Assembly: GCA_963764165.1 (NCBI GenBank) | Contig: CAVXRD010000004.1 | Location: 256,001-320,000, forward strand | DNA: 64,000 nt | From: an uncultured Verrucomicrobiae bacterium | GTDB taxonomy: Bacteria; Verrucomicrobiota; Verrucomicrobiia; Limisphaerales; Palsa-1400 | Direction of reading: 5' to 3' | Shown here: positions 58,824 through 64,000 of the stretch, in pieces | How positions within the stretch are numbered: position 1 is the stretch's first letter | How the letters are laid out: each line of letters begins with the position of its first letter | Made by a program: the position numbers and the translations under genes | The notes under the pieces: generated by a model | Databases searched by the model: none | Told to the model about the DNA's origin: nothing | What the model saw: the letters and a program-made list of their open reading frames with translations, nothing else

Positions 58824-60167
58824 ATGAAACAAGAATCTTTTCTCTTTGACGCAGTGCCACCGTATCCAGGGACGGTCAATTTGGCCGTGTTGTTGACGGA
58901 AATCGAAACGGTTATCAAAGAACATGTCGTGCTCAATGACCATGCGGCGGCGGCGCTCGCGGTGTGGGTGCTGCATTCTTACACTTTCGAGTTGCGCGAT
59001 GCCGTCGCTTATGTGGCGATTGAATCGCCGGAAAAACGGTGCGGCAAGACGACGCTTGTCTCGGTGCTGGCGGCCATGGCGCACAAGCCTTTGATTGCGT
59101 CCAATATAACGGTCGGCGCGCTGTTTCGAGCCATTGATGGGTGCAGCCCGACTCTTTTCATCGATGAGGCGGATACGTTTCTGGCCCGCAACAGCGCCAT
59201 GCGGGGCATCATCAATTCCGGCAACACCTGGCGCACGGCTTATGTCCTCCGATTGTCGAAAGCCAAATTGAAACAGCCTCGGATTGAGGCGCAGCCGATG
59301 CCAGCGGTTGAAGCCGGGGAAACTGGCTTGAAGCGGTATAGCTGCTGGTGCCCAAAGGTCATCGCGCTGATTGGTGAAGCGCCGGATACCATTGCTGATC
59401 GCTCCATTGTTGTGAAGTTGTCGCGCAAACTCACCACAGAAACATGCGCGCCGCTGACGGACTTGAAAACGGCGGAGATAAAGGCGAAATGCGCGCGCTT
59501 TGCGTTGGACGCCGGGGAATCCATCGCGCGATTCGAAAAAATCCGCGGGGCGGGCTTGAACGATCGCGCGGCGGATACGTTCGACCCATTGTTTGTCATC
59601 GCGCGGCTGGCGGGGGAGGAATGGGAAAGGAAACTGCATGCCGCCGCTCTGGCGCTGACCGCATCGCAGTCAGAAAATGCCGGCACCGGACTGCTGCTGG
59701 ACATCTTTTCGATTTTCGTCGAATGGGGCCGCGAGAAAATCTTCAGCCGCGAGCTGGCCAACTTCTTGCGCACGTTCCAGGGTGGAACGAGGCCGATGAC
59801 CGAGGACGGTTCCACCATTGATGAGTATCGAATCTCAAAAATCTTGCGGCCCTATGGCATCAAGCCCTCGGACATAAGAATCGGCCGTGAGGTCAGCAAA
59901 GGATACACCAGCGTCGCCTTCCGGGAGGCGTTGACACGCTATGTGCCAAAAGCCGATCTCGACGCGCGGATCGAAGAAATGCACCGCAGCTCTATGCTGC
60001 ACGCCGAGGCAGATGCCGAAGCAAGAAAGCAGGAAGCAAAGAGAGAGCAGGTCCAAGCCCATGAGCGTCCGCAAAGCGCGAATCCGGACCTGCTGCAAGC
60101 ATTCGCCAAGCTGCGTGAAGCGAGAAAAATGAGCGGCGCTGCGAGGGCTCTACAACAAACGGAGTAA
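58824..60167 (+). CDS. DUF3631-domain P-loop protein (mobile-element replication-associated)
   Basis: ALAVWVLHSY, SPEKRCGKTT, PTLFIDEADTF, GIINSG, TIADRSI, NDRAAD, LRPYGIKP...KGY. Confidence 0.85.
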   Translation: MKQESFLFDAVPPYPGTVNLAVLLTEIETVIKEHVVLNDHAAAALAVWVLHSYTFELRDAVAYVAIESPEKRCGKTTLVSVLAAMAHKPLIASNITVGALFRAIDGCSPTLFIDEADTFLARNSAMRGIINSGNTWRTAYVLRLSKAKLKQPRIEAQPMPAVEAGETGLKRYSCWCPKVIALIGEAPDTIADRSIVVKLSRKLTTETCAPLTDLKTAEIKAKCARFALDAGESIARFEKIRGAGLNDRAADTFDPLFVIARLAGEEWERKLHAAALALTASQSENAGTGLLLDIFSIFVEWGREKIFSRELANFLRTFQGGTRPMTEDGSTIDEYRISKILRPYGIKPSDIRIGREVSKGYTSVAFREALTRYVPKADLDARIEEMHRSSMLHAEADAEARKQEAKREQVQAHERPQSANPDLLQAFAKLREARKMSGAARALQQTE

Positions 60168-60169
60168 AA

Positions 60170-60251
60170 TGTTGCGGGTCTGTTGCGGGTTTGTTGCCCC
60201 TTTGTAGCTGCTTAAATGCCTTGTTATCAACAGTGTAGCGGGTGTTGCCCC
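60170..60251 (+). repeat. Short TGTTGC/TGTAGC direct repeats (iteron/origin-like)
   Basis: TGTTGCGGG x2, TGTTGCCCC x2, TGTAGC x2 immediately after the DUF3631 gene. Confidence 0.6.
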
Positions 60252-60421
60252 TTTTTGGAGATTATATAATGATTCGCTTCAAAACGAGGGTTGGATTGCC
60301 TTTTTCAATGAATCGCCATCCACAATTGCAATCGCCTTCCCGCGTTGCTGGCTGCTGTTCATGCAGTGCGCCCGCATGAACATGTTATTTATTTGGCGCG
60401 GGCGCTTGGTATAATTACTGA

Positions 60422-60486
60422 ATGCCTCGTCGCGTTTTCTCGTTAACTTTGGCCTTTGTGCTGGCGCTGTTCGGCGCTTTCTTGCA
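60422..60486 (+). pseudogene. 5' end of a secreted-protein gene probably interrupted by the prophage
   Basis: TATAAT just upstream of the ATG; MPRRVFSLTLAFVLALFGAFL signal peptide ends at the putative phage TG end. Confidence 0.5.
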
Positions 60487-60618
60487 TGAGGTTCAGTACA
60501 GCCCTAAGCAAACCACAGGAGCGTTAAGATCAAGCACTTACAAAGGATTCAAAGGCCGGAGGAGGTTTGGGACACAGACCAACAACAACCCCGCAATGTG
60601 CAAAGGTTCAGGACACTT

Positions 60619-61080
60619 TTACCGAGCGCCGAGAGCGGCGTCTTGTTGCTGCTTATACATCTTCATGCCATCGACTTGGGCGGAAACGTGGCCATCGGAC
60701 GGCATCGACCATTTGGCGAATCGATAATACCAATTCGTTCGGTTGACGCCCCCGGAGGCGTTCACAAACTCGACCGCCGCCTCGGCGTTCCATTTTGAAA
60801 CGTCATCGCCAATATCGTTGAAGCGGATTTCAATGATGCGGTTAAGACCGACCTGGTCATTGGTTAAAGACTTCATCATGCCGTTGGTCGCTTCCAAGCG
60901 ATACCTCGCCCAAGTCTGTGCGTGACTTTCAAATTCCTCCGGGCGACGGAGCCGCAACTCTTCCCGAATTTCACGCCGCTGTCTTATATCCTCCCAGTTC
61001 AGCCAATTCCGCCCTGAGAGCCATGTAAACACCGCCAATCCCGCCACCACGCCCCAAACAATTTTTCGTTTTCTGTTCAT
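60619..61080 (-). CDS. Prophage membrane-anchored hypothetical protein
   Basis: MNRKRK plus TM; downstream of the leftward regulator. Confidence 0.7.
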   Translation of the reverse strand: MNRKRKIVWGVVAGLAVFTWLSGRNWLNWEDIRQRREIREELRLRRPEEFESHAQTWARYRLEATNGMMKSLTNDQVGLNRIIEIRFNDIGDDVSKWNAEAAVEFVNASGGVNRTNWYYRFAKWSMPSDGHVSAQVDGMKMYKQQQDAALGAR

Positions 61081-61156
61081 AAAAACTTATTCACAAAACG
61101 CGGAACTTATTCACATGGACAGTTTTTGTCCAACCCTCTGCCGGAAAATCGAGGGC

Positions 61157-61378
61157 ATGAAAAATACGACTCCTCATCGTAAAATGGTCCAATTGGAATT
61201 CACCTTGGAAGCTCATGCAGGCAATTGGTCGGCTAAGAAGCGCCGTCATATGGCGGAGGTTTACCTCCGCTGGTCCCGCCAGCTTTACGTTTCCGCAAAT
61301 GTCTTGGAAGGCCGGGTGGTGCCTTTTCAGCCGCCGCGATGGACTCAGCGACTTCATCAGCGGTCAGAGTTGAACTAG
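61157..61378 (+). CDS. Small hypothetical prophage protein
   Basis: GAGG RBS before the ATG; overlaps the low-complexity tail of the antisense RHH gene. Confidence 0.45.
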   Translation: MKNTTPHRKMVQLEFTLEAHAGNWSAKKRRHMAEVYLRWSRQLYVSANVLEGRVVPFQPPRWTQRLHQRSELN

Positions 61379-61640
61379 GCGATTTGCCCGGCTCGTTCAT
61401 CAAAACTCCTTGCGGGAGGGCGGCCGGGTATCTGGCATTCTTTGTCCTTGGCGGAGCCTGGGACAATGAAGCCGGAACTTTCAGCCCCAAAGACACGAGC
61501 TTTTCGTAAACCGCCTCGCGGATGAAACGCGAGCGTTCGGTATACCCGTGCGCTTCGCAAGCCGCATCGATCTCGTCAATGAAATCCTGTTTCATCGGGA
61601 TCGGAACCAGCTTCTGACCTTCGGCGCGTTGGCTTGGCAC
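61233..61640 (-). CDS. Ribbon-helix-helix regulator (repressor-like)
   Basis: KLVPIPMKQDFIDEIDAAC...TERSRFIREAVYEKL; GTG start assumed. Confidence 0.75.
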   Translation of the reverse strand: MPSQRAEGQKLVPIPMKQDFIDEIDAACEAHGYTERSRFIREAVYEKLVSLGLKVPASLSQAPPRTKNARYPAALPQGVLMNEPGKSPSSTLTADEVAESIAAAEKAPPGLPRHLRKRKAGGTSGGKPPPYDGAS

Positions 61641-61643
61641 GCG

Positions 61644-61715
61644 GTGTATATACACCCGCGCCAAAAACTTTTCCAAACTTTTTTCTTGTCAGTTTGGTAT
61701 ATACTGAGTATATAC
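61644..61715. promoter_or_regulatory. Divergent promoters with three GTATATAC operator palindromes
   Basis: GTATATAC at 61646-61653, 61697-61704 and 61708-61715; rightward TTGTCA-17-TATATA. Confidence 0.75.
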
Positions 61716-61722
61716 ACCTCCA

Positions 61723-61911
61723 ATGAAACGCGGATCGATTAAAAAAACGAACAGCAAGCTAATCAACGTGTGGTTTCCCGATGAAGTTCTTCCTCTTATC
61801 GATGTCGCGGTAAGGGTGGCGGATTCTGACCGCTCCAAATTCATCCGCAACGCGGTCCGGGAAAAAATGGATCGGATGAACATCGCCCTTTCGGGGAAGG
61901 AGGCACAATGA
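61723..61911 (+). CDS. Ribbon-helix-helix regulator (Cro/Ner position)
   Basis: KLINVWFPDEVLPLIDVAV...DRSKFIRNAVREKM. Confidence 0.8.
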   Translation: MKRGSIKKTNSKLINVWFPDEVLPLIDVAVRVADSDRSKFIRNAVREKMDRMNIALSGKEAQ

Positions 61912-62108
61912 CCACCACCACTTCAAGTCCCCATCCATGGCGCGTCAGACAACGCCCGGCAGGCGATTGGGAGGTTTCTCGCTTCAACTACGGCACCGGA
62001 AACGCCGAGCGATGGGGCCTTTACCCGACCGAGCAAAAGGCCCGCGACGTTCAAGCCTCCCTAAACCGCCAAAACACCGCCCTTTCAACGCCCTTGAAAG
62101 CCCATTGA
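61908..62108 (+). CDS. Prophage early hypothetical protein
   Basis: ATGA overlap with the upstream stop; AGGAGG RBS. Confidence 0.7.
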   Translation: MTTTTSSPHPWRVRQRPAGDWEVSRFNYGTGNAERWGLYPTEQKARDVQASLNRQNTALSTPLKAH

Positions 62109-62109
62109 A

Positions 62110-62610
62110 ATGCCCGCCATCGCCCCACAACTCAGCTTTGATCTGCGCATCAGCGAGCGCCGCCCGCTCGCGCCGCTCAAAGTCGCCATGTGGGCTTTGG
62201 ATCGAAACGAAGATGACGTCCTGGCGCTCATCGGCTCGCGAGCGCTGCCGTGGGCCTTCGATCTCGCCCGCGCTGGCGCGGAGCGGCAATTCGTCGCCGT
62301 CTGGAACGGCTCGATTGTCGCGTATAAGCAGAACAGGGTAGCCGCGCCAGAATTTGCGAGCCTGACCATGGATGACGTCCTTGCCGACATCCTTCCCGAC
62401 CGCCAGGCGCTCCGCGCCGTCGAGTTGAAAGCCCTTCTCGCATCCGTGGTGCAAGGCCACATCGCCCATTTGATCGCGGACAAACTGATTGCGCCCGACG
62501 CCCGGCGCAATTGCGGACTCGGGCGCGGCCAATCGCCGTGGGTCACACGGGCCAGCGTCGCCGGATTCTTGCAATCCAGACTGATCGTAGCCAGCCGGAC
62601 GAGCGCATGA
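62110..62610 (+). CDS. Prophage early hypothetical protein
   Basis: Closely coupled ORF; ends SPWVTRASVAGFLQSRL. Confidence 0.7.
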   Translation: MPAIAPQLSFDLRISERRPLAPLKVAMWALDRNEDDVLALIGSRALPWAFDLARAGAERQFVAVWNGSIVAYKQNRVAAPEFASLTMDDVLADILPDRQALRAVELKALLASVVQGHIAHLIADKLIAPDARRNCGLGRGQSPWVTRASVAGFLQSRLIVASRTSA

Positions 62611-62816
62611 AAAAATTCACCATCGCACAGCGCATCCAGGCCGAAATGATCGAAGCCGACTTAATGCAAGGCTGGGAATGCCTCAGCAACGCGCAATTCG
62701 ATCTCGCCATCCATCACTTCAACTCCGCCGCAGCCAAAACCGCCGAAATGCGCGATGCCTTCGCCGCCGAAGCGTCCCGTCCCAAGCCAAAGCAACTCGA
62801 CATCGACATACCATGA
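62607..62816 (+). CDS. Prophage early hypothetical protein
   Basis: ATGA overlaps at both ends; MKKFTIAQRIQAE... Confidence 0.65.
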   Translation: MKKFTIAQRIQAEMIEADLMQGWECLSNAQFDLAIHHFNSAAAKTAEMRDAFAAEASRPKPKQLDIDIP

Positions 62817-63499
62817 GCAACAAATTAGAATTGACACACTCCTTGAGCGCCGAGGCGGAAAAAAAACTCGCTGTCCACAAGAAAAACATCCGCGCCTATG
62901 CCAACGGGGTGGATCGTTCCGGCGCGCAACTCTTCGGCTACGCATTTCTGGCCGGAAACGAAATGAACCTCGCCGCCGATATTCTGCCGCACGGACAATT
63001 GCTGGCATGGATTGAAAACAGCTTCCCCGATCTCTCGAATGGCACCGTGGGACGATGGCGGAATTTTGCGGACACCGTGAAAGCCAAATTTCCCACCGTG
63101 GGAAATTTGAAACCCCTTCAACTCAAGAAAAAATTCAGCAAAGTCGAGCAGGAGGAAATCCTCAAAGCCATTCCGCAGATCATGGATGGCCAGGGCATGG
63201 TTGAGTTCATGCGCTCGTGCAAGCTGCTCAACGAGCCAAAGCCCATTGGCGGCGACACACGCCAGACCTTGCCTGACGGCTCGCATCCTCCGGCACCGCC
63301 CCGCAAGCCCAACGCCCAGGAGCAAGCCCAAGCCGCTGATGAAACCGTGCGCGTCATTTACGGCGGATACCTCAAAACCCTGATCGAAGACCGCGAGAAT
63401 TTCATCCTCTGCAAACTCTCGGCCATCAACGAACTCGAAGACCTGCGCCTCGCCCTGGGACGCAAAATCGAAGCCGTCAAAAAAGAACGCAAACCATGA
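62813..63499 (+). CDS. DUF3102-like phage protein
   Basis: AGNEMNLAADILPHGQLLAWIENSF...SNGTVGRWRNFA. Confidence 0.65.
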   Translation: MSNKLELTHSLSAEAEKKLAVHKKNIRAYANGVDRSGAQLFGYAFLAGNEMNLAADILPHGQLLAWIENSFPDLSNGTVGRWRNFADTVKAKFPTVGNLKPLQLKKKFSKVEQEEILKAIPQIMDGQGMVEFMRSCKLLNEPKPIGGDTRQTLPDGSHPPAPPRKPNAQEQAQAADETVRVIYGGYLKTLIEDRENFILCKLSAINELEDLRLALGRKIEAVKKERKP

Positions 63500-64000
63500 C
63501 TGACATCATCCCCGCACTCAGCTTCACCGCCCCGATCCACGACAAGCGGTTTGTCCGTCTCTCAGACGAAGCCCGCGATCTCGTCATCGCCCGGCTCGCC
63601 GCCATGCAGACCATTGCCAAGGCCAAGTCCGTCGAGGAAGGCGTCAAGGAAGTCGCATCGGCCAATCCCGGACGGCGCGGATTCGGGCAAGGAACCATTC
63701 GCAATTGCTGGTTCCGATTCAAACTCAAAAACGGCTATTGGGTTGCCCTTCTCGACCGCGCCCTGGCCGGTCCCGCGTGGTGGGGCGAAGACGCCGATGG
63801 CGAAGAACTCACCCAGGCATTTCGCGAGCATCTCGGCACACTCTGGTCCCGACGCCAGCGCGGCAAATTCCGCGCCGCCTACTCCGAAAAATTAATCCCG
63901 CAATGGCGGCGCTGGAGGGCGGGCGATGCGTCCGCAGCGATCCCCGGGTACCAAACCTGCCCCGAGCCAAATCCGCTCACCGATTTGCCGGACGGATGGA
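63496..64000 (+). CDS. 5' part of a large ORF, probable Mu-like transposase A (runs off the window; absent from the ORF track)
   Basis: ATGA overlap; reads MTDIIPALSF...WVALLDRALAG...IPGYQTCPEPNPLTDLPDGW, open to the edge. The catalytic domain is not visible. Confidence 0.55.
   Translation, partial: MTDIIPALSFTAPIHDKRFVRLSDEARDLVIARLAAMQTIAKAKSVEEGVKEVASANPGRRGFGQGTIRNCWFRFKLKNGYWVALLDRALAGPAWWGEDADGEELTQAFREHLGTLWSRRQRGKFRAAYSEKLIPQWRRWRAGDASAAIPGYQTCPEPNPLTDLPDGW

Larger units (their letters stand above)
60487..64000 (+). mobile_element. Left end of a probable Mu-like transposable prophage
   Basis: TG terminus with three AGGTTyrGkACA repeats, a divergent regulator pair, tightly coupled small early genes, a DUF3102-like gene and a large ORF resembling a transposase N-terminus. 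Confidence 0.7.

Noticed and set aside
60170..60251. Short repeats as a CRISPR array
   Set aside because: Units are 6-9 bp, irregularly spaced, with no cas genes.
60422..60727. 101-aa ORF as an intact gene
   Set aside because: Only the first 22 codons look like a real signal peptide; the rest reads through the putative phage end and overlaps an antisense gene.
63551..63895. 114-aa ORF from the track
   Set aside because: Out-of-frame overlap with the longer open frame starting at 63496.

Overview
GC-rich bacterial chromosomal window, most likely Verrucomicrobiota (Pedosphaera-like). This is inferred from ECF sigma factors with long extensions, BlaI/M56 modules, PQQ-like propellers, a ...FFRL C-terminal tail and the intergenic repeats. 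Left part (1-15 kb): an ECF sigma/anti-sigma pair and a moxR-DUF58-BatA/vWA-DUF4175-vWA/GATase operon ending in a large exported redoxin-like protein. It lies directly downstream of a BlaI/BlaR1(M56)-like pair, and near-identical TACAnnTGTA operator boxes sit in front of both blaI and moxR. Middle: secreted and carbohydrate enzymes, a divergent ppk1, an IPT/TIG surface protein, a catalytically degenerate GlnE-like gene, coaX, hisD and purA (with a candidate attenuator leader), followed by a PQQ-propeller / HemN-like radical SAM / chorismate-lyase-like / flavin-halogenase-like operon. Right part (52-64 kb) is accessory: MITE/REP-like repeats, toxin-antitoxin remnants, a complete IS5-family element, a low-GC two-gene islet, a DUF3631 gene with iteron-like repeats, and the left end of a probable Mu-like prophage whose switch appears to use two divergent ribbon-helix-helix proteins. 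Two single-base frameshifts are visible and could be sequencing errors. No rRNA, tRNA or CRISPR array was recognised. All family assignments come from motif recognition by eye, not database searches.
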